A stretch of 62,980 bases of DNA, filler included. It is 13 parts of 13 records of this genome, joined end to end, with 100 filler letters (N's around TTAATTAATTAA, not from the genome) between each part and the next. Parts side by side here need not be neighbours in the genome. Positions count along the whole stretch, not along the records: positions 50,844 to 54,390 come from SRR9670534_551; positions 54,491 to 60,710 come from SRR9670534_552; positions 60,811 to 62,980 come from SRR9670534_561; 10 more parts are not named here. The stretch is one strand, 5' to 3'. Shown here one piece after another: positions 50,895 through 62,980 of this stretch (position 1 is its first letter; each line of letters begins with the position of its first letter). The notes under the pieces are model-generated. The model searched no databases and was not told where the DNA came from. It saw only the letters and a program-made list of their open reading frames with translations. The translations under genes and the position numbers were made by a program.

Positions 50895-53295
50895 CTGCAT
50901 TTCTTTGAATAAGATGGTATTTTCTTCTCCATCAACCACAACTGTAACATATGATTCATTTCCACATTCAGATTCTAAATAAAATTAAATAATCAAAAAC
51001 TAAAAGTTAATATATTAATTCATTTTATAATTCTATAATTTTATGATAATTCATTTTATTACTGGCAAGTATTGTATATTTATTTTGAATAAAATTATTA
51101 ATGATAATAATAAGCTAAAAATGTAGATTAGTTCTCAATAATTGTAGGTCAAAAAGTAATAAAAATATTAGTTTCAGCAACTGCAACAATAAGTGGTCCA
51201 CTTGACCATACATAATTATCATTGAAAAGCAATTATCTTAATGCTTGAAAACAAAGTAGCCCAATGATTTTGCCACACTATAATTATTATTTTTATTAAT
51301 AATATGTAATGGTGTTTTTTTACTATTATTATTAATAAGAATGGATTTTTATCATCCTTACAATTTTCCATGGGACAATATCAATTTACTGCTGGTCATA
51401 ATAATCAATAATAACAAGCAAGCAGTGCTAGCTTCTCTTTCCTTCCAGAATGAGGAGGTTGGGAAGCAGTTCCACAACCCTCATCTCAATAATGTCTTAT
51501 TTTTATCACTTCAATCTGTTATTTGTGATAAGCATCTTTTATAATACATAGGTACAATGTATCATGTAGATAATTAAGCTCAGTGCAGTAATTAAAATTG
51601 ATAGTATATGCCTGTAGCACCAAGCAAATTTTCCTTTGACTCTTTCTAAATTCACTTTTGCCCCTTTGTTATATCCAGTACCTATACTACAGGATTATTA
51701 TCATAGTCCAGCCTGCATGTTTATGCTAGTTTGAATTAATTAACACATTCAAATAGTACATGCTTGAATTGTGCATGTACTAATAGTACTAGCTTGAATT
51801 AATTAACACAAACAAATAGTATACTATTAGAATAGTATACTATTCTATAAAATATATTCAATTAATTTTATAATAAGTTTCATTTTCAAATTTTAAAAAT
51901 TAAATTTTGAATGAATAGTTTAAAATTCTTATTTCAAATTAAATTTTGAATGAATAATTTTATATTTTGCTAGTAAGTTGTAGTATTTATTAATATACTA
52001 ATAACGTATTATAATAAAATTATAATAATAACTTTGTAATTTTAATTTTGTAATGCATATAATATATTATAGTACATATGTACTATAGTATATACTATAG
52101 TATTTATAAATAAAAATTATTGATATAATATAATGTAATGAAATAACAATATCTAAATAAATTTTTAAATTTTAGTGATAGAACTTTAAATGCACAATAA
52201 TTCATAGTAAATAATAAATTAAACTATAAAATACATTAAAAATTTTCATTTTGTAATAACATAAATCAAATTTATTAATAACATATTGTTGAGTGGCATC
52301 ATTGGGATACAGTGGTGAAAAATAAACCAAATAAAGTACCTATGTTGTATAATAAATAATAATAATAAAACACTCAATGTTCAATGAACATTGTTCATAT
52401 TTGATTTACCTATGATAAAATAACTATTAATAATAAAATATATTAATAATAATAGTAATGATGTGCTAATGTCAATAATAACCCTACCTATACTAACACA
52501 TCTGTTAATCATATCCTCTGAGGTTTGAAATTGATTGACAAGAGATTTTTTGCCCACATCAGGTGCACCAAATATGCCAACCATATAGCAGGGCTCTTTC
52601 TGTGGCTCCTCACTTTCTTCAGAAATATTAATCTCTATACCTGGAGATTGAGCCTCAGGGATACCAGGTGAACTCTTCTCACTTGTTGTTCTGCTTCTAA
52701 ATCCATTTTGGCCATGAACACTATCTGCCTCTGAAAGACCAGCAGGACTTCTGGATCCCGACGGCACCAAAATATCGCCTCTATTGACTATCCCCTTAGC
52801 AGTGATACTAAAGTTCCTTAATCTCTGGTAAATCTCAGAAGCCGTTTCGTTATTATCCTCAAGAGTCGCATCTCCATCCAGGGCAAGATTATTTTGAGAA
52901 CTCACTCGATGAGCATTCTTGAATACATCAAAGTCATCATAACCATCTGATGGCTGAGGGCTTCTTCTAATTCTCATTGATTTTGTCCTTCTGGCTGTTC
53001 TGCTGGGAATTGAAGTGGCGGAAAGAAAGGGTTGAGGGTAAAACTTCTCATCTTCTCCAAGTGACCCTTCATCCGTTTCCAAGACTGTTCTATCTTGTGG
53101 AAGTGAAAGTTGATTAGGACGAGGACATTTCTGAGACCCAACACGTTTGATATGTTGGAAATCTTTATTTTCTATGGAATAATGTTCATACATTATTGTT
53201 CCAACATATTTCGGATGCAGGCCAATTATTCGTTTACGCCTATGAGCAGATAGATATTCTGGGTTTGTAAATGCTCTTTCTCTGATAAAATACAT
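50895..53295 (-). CDS. RGK-family (Rad/Gem/Rem-like) small GTPase with a long N-terminal extension; exons 53295-52488 and 50974-50895; 3' truncated
   Basis: RLRNFSITAKGIVNRGD (typical of invertebrate RGKs); YMVGIFGAPDVGKKSLVNQFQTSE; VTVVVDGEENTILF. Confidence 0.78.
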
Positions 53296-54612
53296 TTCCT
53301 TTTATAATCTGCTTATATAGTTAGTAGTTACGTGTATAATTTATAAATGGTTGCTTTTCCCTAGTTCAATAGGCAGAAAATACAATCTACCGTAAATTAT
53401 TGAAGAGTAGGTAAAAGAGAGAGAAAAGGTGGTGCTTGAAATTGATTTTCTTGCATCATGTAGCTACATATAAATTCAATGAGCTCTAGTAGTCCATAAA
53501 AAGATAGACATCAAATTTATCATTAATAATAATTACATCGACGATGACAAAAGTTGTTACCAATTTCTTACCTAAAGTATTTTGGGTATAATAAAGGGGT
53601 ATTACCCTTTAGGTACGGTACAAACACGTAGGTGTCAAATTTGAAACATAGTAAATTCGTCCTACATTCTCTCATTAGTAGTGATGTACATAATTAAGTA
53701 GCCTAATTAGTAAAGAAACACGTTCAGCATAAAAAAGGATTATTCATACCTGTATGGTTAATAAAATTTAATGATGTTTTAATTATTAATTTTATTACTA
53801 TGAATGTTGTACATGATAAATGCCTCGTTATCATAAACGTCAAAGAAATGTCGTAAAGCAAATAATTGCTCAACGTTGGATGTTATTATGGGCAAGAATC
53901 CTCTTCAACAGGGTTGTGAATCCTCTTCAACACCATTATTAATTTGTCATGCATCAAATAAAAATTTAATTAGCATTTTACCACAAAAAATTAATGAGAA
54001 ATATAAATCAAAATAGTTACGTTTAAAATTAGTCATTATTTGAAGTTAATGCAATTAAAATTAATTTTAATAAATTAAATTTTTTAAATTAATTAATATA
54101 CTTTATTATTAAACTTATTATATAATATAATTTATATTTATTAATAAAATGTTATTATTAAATCAGATTAAAGTTATTTTAAAACTAAAATTGGTGTGTT
54201 TAATAAGAAAATGGACTTTAGAGATCTTTATTATCATTATAATTATTTTTATAACAGTATTAAATTTTTCTTTATTATTATTAATAATAAATACAATTTC
54301 GTTCGATTAGTGCAGTGTAGATGTAATAATTATACCGTAAGATAATGAAATTATTATTTCATGAAGAAATACTTTGCATTATAATGCAAANNNNNNNNNN
54401 NNNNNNNNNNNNNNNNNNNNNNNNNNNNNNNNNNTTAATTAATTAANNNNNNNNNNNNNNNNNNNNNNNNNNNNNNNNNNNNNNNNNNNNACCAGCAGTT
54501 AGGTATGGTCCATACCGTATTGATATGTAGATCAGATATTATCATATTACTATTACAATATTACTGTAATATGTCTTTTGAAAACACTGTTTTCTTGTAT
54601 TTGTTGGTACAG

Positions 54613-56708
54613 CCATTCTTCCAAGCATTAAGTAAAGTGAAAACAATCCACACAAATAGCAAGGAACTTTTGAAAACAAGTTTTCAGTCAATTGCACTAG
54701 AAATAATGGAGACAATGGCAGTTCACCAAGAAGCTGCATACGAGAAGCTTTATCGTTGGTGTCAACAAGAATGTAGATCACTGACTATGGATTATCCAGA
54801 ATTTCCATTAATTCTTCGCAAAGGTCTTTCTTACATGGAAGAAAGACCAGTTTTATTAAAATACACCTTTGATGAGTACGGTGGTGCTCGTAGAACATCC
54901 GTAGTCAAAGGGTTTATAGAAGCGTTGACACATGGAGGTACAGTACTATTGATACTATTTGTATGAATACATGTAAAGTACTTATTATTATACTATATGT
55001 ACTACAGAATCCTAAGAATTAGCGACATCTTTTTTCATTTCTAGGCAACAATGCGAGACCAATTGAGATGTATTCTCACGATCCGCTTCGTTATGTTGGA
55101 GATATGTTAGCTTGGCTACATCAGACCGCCGTTTCTGAGAAAGAATACATTAAAGTTTTATCTAAAGAAATTAGTGGTAAGTTATATCAGCTTTTTAAAA
55201 ACTCCTGGTATTCATTGTTTCAATGTTTACAGAAAAGAGTGAACTTCCTTCTGATTGTTTAAATAATATTTTGGAAGGACTTCATCATCCTTTGAAAGTT
55301 AGGATTGAACATGTGCTATCCCGAGATTTGGGACCAGTCATACTATATAAATTGACATATCTATTGCAATTTTATGGCAATGTAATGAGGTAATGTGTTT
55401 TTTGTACAAAGTAGGTAAATTAGCGTCTCTTACTAAGGGCCTTACATTTTGTTCTGTTTTAGAGATATTGTTTCCCGGGAAAAAGCAGGACAAATACTCC
55501 TAACTCTTGAGGAAATGTTGTCTTTAGCTGAAAAATTATTTTTTAGCAGTTTAACTAATTTTGTTACAGCATTGGGAGATAAAATAGAAGCTCCCGAAGA
55601 AGATCTTAAACCTGGAAAACCATTAATACAAACATTGCAATTACTTAAGGAGTTGCTTGAGTCTAGATCATCTACCTTAACACTTAATGTTAACAAATTG
55701 AAAGCTGACAACAAAAAGGTTATTAAACTAAATATTTCATGCATTGTAATATTCAACACCAATGATTAGTGTTGATTAACTTCTTGTATTATTATAGATT
55801 ACCGAAATGTTGCTAACGCCGATGTTGCAGCAGTGTTCTGAAGCAGGAAAGTTGCTTGATAAGCTTGATATGGCTACCTTCTTTGTCAACTGTTTGTATT
55901 CCATCCATTGTACATTAGCTTTATACGAATTTATGGATGACAGACTGAAGGCTATTCAGGATCAGGTATACATGTTTTTCCTCAGGTTTTAATTGGAAAT
56001 AAGTTATTAATAAACAATGGTTCATCATTAGATTGATATTCATATGGAATTGTTAATTAGTGAGCAAACTGCTTTTATCCTGAAAACGACTAGTTTACAT
56101 AACATTTATGCATTTATAATGGACAATGTTAATACAACAACACCAATTAATTTGTTTGATCATGTTGATGAAGCAGAATTTAAAGTGGCAGTTGTGAGCT
56201 TTGTCTTGTTTGATTATTATTATTATAATTTAGTGATTATTTATATTTGATGATTAATAATAAGAAATTATCTTCAAGCGTTATTTTAGGGTCATTTTGA
56301 TGGATTTCTAGCTCAACCTGATTCTTTTTCATTGAATCAATGTGCCCTTATTTCCAGTACCAATCTCAGGTATTGTTATTATAAATATATTATAATTATA
56401 TATAAAAATATAAATATATAAAAGTATTATTATAATATTATTATAAATATTATTGAAATATTATAAATTATAATTATATATAAATTTTTTTATTAAAAAT
56501 ATAAAAATATAAATTATTATAAATATAATAAATATAATCAATGATATAGTAATTGTGATGTTGCAGGGAGAAGTTAAAGTTGAAAAGCGTTGAAATGTTA
56601 TGCGAGTCCTATGCCTTAATATACAATTCTTTATCCAAATTTGGTATCGAGAACATCTCAGTGTTTATGATTAGATCTCCAGAACAAGTTAAACAACTTT
56701 TGTTATAA
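54613..56708 (+). CDS. COG6: Conserved oligomeric Golgi complex subunit 6, multi-exon, 5' truncated
   Basis: [84 protein letters not shown]. Confidence 0.93.
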
Positions 56709-56819
56709 AATAATGTTTCTTGTTTGTTTTGCTTGTATTGATGTTAGTACAGAATAAATAGTAGGGAGTAAATAAATTACCGTAATTGATGACCAGTTTC
56801 TAATTTGTTAATTTGCCTA

Positions 56820-58282
56820 ATGAATCAAAAGACCAAAACCTATTGCTTAAAAGTTGGTCTTATCGGCTACAATGCTTTTTTCCTGATTTTGGGCACATTT
56901 TTGCTTTTCTTTGGAAGTATATTTGTGACAAAATCCAGGACATGGTATTATTTGAGTGATTTAACAAAATTTGTGCTGTCTCCTTGGATTTCTTTTACCC
57001 TTGCTAGTGGTTTAATTGTTGCTGTATCGTTTCTGGGGACATTAGCGACAGTGAGGAAAAGTCCACCACTGTTGATTCTTGTAAGGTACAATTTTAATGA
57101 ATAGTGCTTATAGTATTACATTTACAATACAATTTCCTCATAATAGTACTGTGTCGGTACAAGTGTACGGACGTTTCCTTGTACGCATAATACGTATAAT
57201 ACGTACAAAGAAACGCGCGTACACTTGTACCGACACAGTGCAAATTACATAATAATACAATATGAATATTTTGTATTCCCCTATTATAAGACGTACACAA
57301 TATTACTGCAATATCTGAGAATTAAAAACAGTGATGATCATATGACATAAGCCTACGTTGTACAATATGTATACACCTACTAATATATTTTAGTACAGCA
57401 TTTCCATGGTAATTTTATTCTTTACCGAATTGACTTTTGGATCCTTGGTATTTATATTTAGAGACTTGGTAATGTAATGTAGATAATAATAATAATAATA
57501 TAGATACTATACGCATAAGCGATTCATTTAATAGGCGAAAACGCGTTTTGATGCGCAGCTTTATGGAATGATTGACTTGTATGCAGAAGACAACGCCATG
57601 GAAGCACTTCTGGACTGGATACAAAAGGATTGGGTTTGTAAATGGCATACATCATAAATGATATTGATAAACATTTAGCTAAAATGTTGCGGTGTATCGG
57701 ATTATACAGATTGGGAAAGAAATCCATATTTTAATTGTTCTTTGGGTCGCAAGTATCATTCTCCTTACGCATGTGGAGTTCCATGGTCATGCTGCAAGTC
57801 TCAAGTACGGAAATTCCATACTTTAAGCTTCCCTAATTTCCCCATTTTAATAAATAGGTTGTTTATGTCGATCGAACTTGTGGGCAAAATATACTATCCT
57901 TGCGAAAACGCGTATGTAATTATATAGTATTACTAATATATACAATATACACTACAGCTGTTATATTGCAATTACAATATATAATACATGGAATAGTTGA
58001 CAACTTGTATCTAGGACGACGTTGTATCAAAATGGATTAACACAAACGGATGCAAGATTGCAGGCAGGGCGTGGCTCAGAAGACATTTTGTTCCGGTTGC
58101 TTCGGGCATTGTTGCAATTGCACTATCGCAGGTTTTAAACATTGCGCTTTGCTATTACTTATTTTGCAACTGCATTATCGTACTAATGAAGTACACAATA
58201 TTACCAATTTTTTGTACTGATTTAGATCATAGGAATTTGTCTTGCCCAAATGTTTAAAGCTAATATTGTGAAGTCCATTTGA
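56820..58282 (+). CDS. Tetraspanin of the TspanC8 subgroup (Tspan5/14/15/17/33-like), 7 exons
   Basis: Four TM segments; large loop CCGVSDYTDWERNPYFNC..CGVPWSCC..CG..GC with 8 Cys. Confidence 0.9.
57148..57239. mobile_element. ~92-bp palindromic MITE-like element in tetraspanin intron 1
   Basis: ACTGTGTCGGTACAAGTGTACG...CGTACACTTGTACCGACACAGT; 22-bp perfect outer stem plus an imperfect inner stem. Confidence 0.7.
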
Positions 58283-59467
58283 AGAACTACCATAGGCATG
58301 TTTATTAGCTAAATTATTAATAAATGTTCCTAAGGTATTTATATTACAAAAACTCTGTAGGCTCGAGCCTAGATCTACATGGATTTTATTTATTATTAAT
58401 AACATTTTGCAAATATTATTATTATTAATAACATTTTGCGAATCAAAGATCATGTACTCATCATTTTAGTAAAGAAACCTATTACATTATTATTAAGTAT
58501 TAGAATAATACGCTTTAAAATGAGCTAACATTAATAACTCATTGATATTGGAATAAACTTATCACAGATACAATGACTTGAGTGCTGAATTACGATCATT
58601 ATTATTAATAATGAGAAAGTGCAAAGACATTACATTCGTAATGAGTTAGTAATGAGTTAAAGCGTGTTAATAAAATAACAATTAATTTCAATTTATGTTT
58701 TAAAAAATGCACATAAATAATGATTATGATGATTTAAATTAATAATTAGGAAGAAAAGGAAACGTAACAAGATATTAGCTCACTACTAATAAATTATTAA
58801 TAACGATATAACAAAAATTTCAATCATATAAAGAGTTCATTAAATTAATAAGCTTATGAATTAAACAAAAGTGGACAAATTTCTGAGATTTTCAAAATCA
58901 GTGGTAAAAAGTACAAGACAAATACATATTTAGTACATACCGTATGGTACCATTGATTTCTGGTATCATACCAATAACTGAATTATTAATAATAATTACA
59001 TTTAATAATAACTGTATTAATAGAATGCATTCAACAATTATCAAAAATTAATGATCTAATGGAAGAAATACAAAAGAAATGCAAAAGAATACACATGCTA
59101 AATGGGCCTAACCTATATTGTAGAAATGTACAAAAGAGGAAACTACGACGTGCAGTATTTTGGACCAAAGTCTTTCGTACACAGGACCAAAATAAGATAC
59201 ATAAAGCTACATGCTACATGAGAGTAGAAAACTATAACTATGTCATACTACATGCAAATCTAAATCCATAACATGCAAAACTATAAAAACATGGCTACAT
59301 GATTGCTAATACATTTGCAGCTATGTATTATAAATATGAAATATTGATTACATATTATGTAATAAAAAATGATGCTAAATATGAAAGCGTACAAAAGCAG
59401 TGCTAAATGAAAAATGCTAAAACATTTTATAGGTCCTACAAAAATTCTCTAGAACTACAGTGATACC

Positions 59468-60091
59468 TTACTTCTTGACGCCAATTTTACCCTCCATTTC
59501 TAGTCTCTTCTTAGCTTCGGCAGCCTTCTTTCTTCTGGCTTCAGGACAATGTCTCAACGTATGAGCAAAGTCACCAGTGGTCTTGCAGACCGGACATCTA
59601 TACTTTCTAAGGACTGGACACTCGACCTTACCAGTTACTGGATTATGAAGTCGATGACTGTGGTAGATGGTTGCATTTTCACCGTTCTTCTTGCACAGAA
59701 TGCAAACCATTTCTTCCTGGGAAACATTCGTGATAGATTTTTTTTCCAATTGGCTGTTTTCAGAAACTTTGGCTTGTGCCTGTGGTGTAAAAATCGGAAC
59801 GGCACCACATGTCTCCTGTGCTTGTGGTAGTTGAATAACGTAAATCGGCGGTGGTAGCGGTGAAAGTGGCAGCACTTGGACTGGACGTGGCAAGAAGTCT
59901 CCAGTTCTAAATAATCCATCACGGTGACTATGGTGGTCATTCTCCAAATCTCTTTCAGTGGCTTCCAAATCCAATCTTCTATTGTCTTTAATGATAGGTC
60001 TTCTACCAAGACTGTGATTGCAGTTTGGACAACTTGAGTGCGCGGAATTGTACAAACTTTCATTGCGGTTAGTAAATGGAGTTCGATTCAT
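59468..60091 (-). CDS. nanos: Nanos (tandem CCHC zinc fingers), single coding exon
   Basis: CILCKKNGE..YHSHRL..VECPVLRKYRCPVCKTTGDFAHTLRHCP; probable 5'UTR intron at about 60100-60147. Confidence 0.95.
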   Translation of the reverse strand: MNRTPFTNRNESLYNSAHSSCPNCNHSLGRRPIIKDNRRLDLEATERDLENDHHSHRDGLFRTGDFLPRPVQVLPLSPLPPPIYVIQLPQAQETCGAVPIFTPQAQAKVSENSQLEKKSITNVSQEEMVCILCKKNGENATIYHSHRLHNPVTGKVECPVLRKYRCPVCKTTGDFAHTLRHCPEARRKKAAEAKKRLEMEGKIGVKK

Positions 60092-61850
60092 CTTTTTGCC
60101 TAAAAAATTCTGTTAATAATAATAAGTTTATTCACTTGGCAAGTTACCGTAAGAGAATATGAAGGAAAACAAGGAACAGGTCTTCATATATGTATGCAAC
60201 ATGCAATAGCTGTAGATGACATAGCGCGCGCGCCAAATACTGCAATCTGATTGGCTGGTAAATGCAAGCTGTCAATTGATAGCTCAACATTCCACAGCAT
60301 AATCCCTTGATAAGCAATAGAGTCTATGCTACATAGACTATGTATAGGGGCAGCATCTGAAAGCAATGCTTTCAATTTGAAAGTTTCAGCGCATTTGCCA
60401 CATTGGTAACATTGTTATTATTAATTTGTTAACATAACAATAAGAATCTTCTTGTCTATCATTGATAGTCTTTCGGCCTTATAAGGTATTGTAACAACGG
60501 GACCATGGTAATATCATGGAATCCTGCAGGATTCCTGCAGAAATCCTTGCACCAAACTTTCAGTAACTGTGCAAATGCCGCTAAGAAATCCTGGCAGAAT
60601 CCTGCTGGAATCCTGTTCAGGATCTACCACTAGCCTAGTGGCACAAGGGTAGGTATGCGTTAGGGTGCTTCAAAAATAAAATTTTTTTTTAAATTTTGCT
60701 AGAACATGATNNNNNNNNNNNNNNNNNNNNNNNNNNNNNNNNNNNNNNNNNNNNTTAATTAATTAANNNNNNNNNNNNNNNNNNNNNNNNNNNNNNNNNN
60801 NNNNNNNNNNTTGGAATGACCAGTTTGACAATTTTATGGAAGGAACCTTTGAAAATGAAAGTCTGATGGCTAGTTTTCAAGTTTATGTTGTGTACTATGA
60901 ATAGTGCCTAAATTTGGATTACTAATTTTAGAATAATATCTATTATATTATGTTTTGATATATTATATAATTTATAATATGCTAGAGTAAATTTAGTAAT
61001 AAATATTGCATAATAAAATTGTAATAATTATTTTTTAGATATCTTTATAGTGTATGAATAATTATACTTATATATGAAATGTATAAAAGATAAATTACAA
61101 TAATATAATTCCTCATTATTATTATTAATAACCATGGTTTAATAATTATTACATAAAAATATATTTACAAATGTTATAAAAGTTAAATTATTTGAAAATG
61201 TCAAATATGTATAATTATTATAATAAATGAGTAAATTTAAATTATATATATTTAAATAAATTAAATTTTTACTTTAAGATGGCCTGCAATTTATACAATA
61301 GTTTATATGATATTACTAGTATAATTTTATTAATGAATATATGCATACCACAGACATTTATGCATGCCATAAATGTATAATAACTTTAATTTGTAAGAAA
61401 TTGCTATCACTATTTATTTTTTGTTTCTTTACTTCACTGTCCAAAGTACTAATTGTTTTCAGGTTGTATATTACGTAATCATGTTTCCATTAACATTTTG
61501 AGTACATTTAGTACCTCTATCATTCATATTATTAGTCTTTTCATTGCTCTAATATACAGAGCTTGTTTGTAATAATTACCTCAGGAATGAAATTTTTATT
61601 CTTATAAATATAATCTTTCATTTGAATAAAAAATTTTATTGGTGTTTATTATGAGGTCCATATTATGAACCAAAATGGTTACATCAGGTAATGTTGCATA
61701 ATTGGTAATGAATAACATGTAATATTATGTAACTTTAATAAAAAATCCATACAAAAGCTGTAATATAGTCATACTTTATAATTACTGTTACATAATTGTG
61801 CATAATGCAGCATTATGTCATAATTAGTTATAATAGAAAAGTAGTCAGAA

Positions 61851-62103
61851 TTATTCAAAGTAGAGTGCATAAGCAGTGACAGATGCTGCCAAAGTCGAAT
61901 TTTCATATACAGCTTCAAAAAAGCCATCATATTGATCATGCCATAGAGACCTTGAAGCTTCAACAATATGTTGCCCCAGCTTTTGGGTAATTAAACCAGT
62001 GCATACTATTTTGTGCCTAATTGCAACCCTTTTGTCAACAAGTTGTCTTCTAACTTTGTCCAAAATTGACCTGAGTTTAATTGAAGCAATTGTGGGATCA
62101 TAC
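61851..62103 (-). CDS. Isolated exon-like coding fragment of unknown function
   Basis: Polypyrimidine-AG acceptor followed by an open, helical-looking frame (YDPTIASIKLRSILDKVRRQLVDKR..) inside a very AT-rich contig. Confidence 0.35.
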
Positions 62104-62980
62104 TAAAAAATAAAAAAAAATTTAGACAGCAAATATTCATGAAGTCTTGCATTTATATGTAATTGAATGAACTATAAAAAGGATTATTATGTTTACAGAT
62201 ATAAGTAAACAATTTAAAGATTAATAAAATATATTAAATTAATTTTTATTGGATAATATTAAATTATACATACATTATTGAAATATAAAATTAGGAGAGT
62301 TATGCAAATATTAAATTTCAAATTACCATAAGATATTAATTTATTATAAAAATTATTATATAAAAAATATTATGTAAATTACATGTTATTAATATTATAT
62401 AAAAAATAATTAAAAAATATTAATATATTAATAAAAAATATTAATATTAATTTATTGTAGAAATATATAAATTAGATAGGTCGTACAAGATATAAAACAT
62501 AAATATTAAGTAAGTTGTCAATTTATATTATAAATATTTAAAATTCCGCCATATATATGGAATAATATAATGATATGTATCATTATCAATTAAAAATTAT
62601 TACACATCAAATTTTCATAACTGCATAATGAAATTGTAAATAAAGAAATATATTAAAATAATTATAAAGCAAACCATAGTTTAAATATTTAATATTACAA
62701 GAATGTAAATGAATTACTATGGTTATAATAAATTTGAATTATTATAAATATAAATGAGAATATAAGACTACAAAATAAAAATACTATGCATAAACTATTG
62801 AATATTAAAATTTAACAAATTATTATAATATTATATTTATAATGTAGCAATTAATGATGCTAACAGCTGCAAAAATATTAAAAAATTCAAAATATTAATT
62901 TTTAGTAACATCTTATTTAGGAAAAAGCCCTGGCTTTTCAGTGTAATTTTATTCAAATTCAAAAATTTTAAAATTACCTT

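Noticed and set aside
263-60375. Many 60-140 aa antisense or alternative-frame ORFs in the ORF track
   Set aside because: They are shadows of real exons or AT-rich intron read-through, with no recognisable motifs
60505-60625. Cluster of AATCCTG/CAGGATT short repeats upstream of nanos
   Set aside because: Probably a small repeat element, but boundaries and TSD could not be defined
3442-60810. Recurring TTAATTAATTAA between N runs as a biological repeat or CRISPR-like array
   Set aside because: Fixed 100-nt format with six-frame stops, and it truncates genes: a concatenation linker

Overview
This is AT-rich DNA from an invertebrate animal with short GT-AG introns. It is not one locus: 13 contigs are joined by 12 identical artificial 100-nt spacers (44 N + TTAATTAATTAA + 44 N), so only neighbours within a contig are biologically adjacent. 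Spliced genes recognisable from their exons are a Wnt ligand, SPCS2, NOS1AP/CAPON, a chitin synthase, an atypical soluble guanylate cyclase, cytospin (SPECC1/SPECC1L family), a secreted or receptor protein with F5/8-type-C-like, EGF and FN3-like modules, three tandem neprilysin-like (M13) genes, a NACHT/NLR-like gene, an RGK-type small GTPase, COG6, a TspanC8 tetraspanin and nanos. There is also a decayed non-LTR retrotransposon and many tiny palindromic MITE-like insertions. The strongest finding is that the chitin synthase carries an apparently complete Ulp1/C48-type cysteine protease domain (His-Asp-Gln-Cys intact) in the same open frame as its last transmembrane helices. Other leads are an NLR-like protein ending in a CaaX box, HExxH-less pseudo-neprilysins, a Cys-rich insert and CpG-deamination signature in the LINE, ~28-bp palindromic insertions with TSD-like flanks, and a recurrent CTCF-like intronic motif. 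All calls are by eye, with no database searches.
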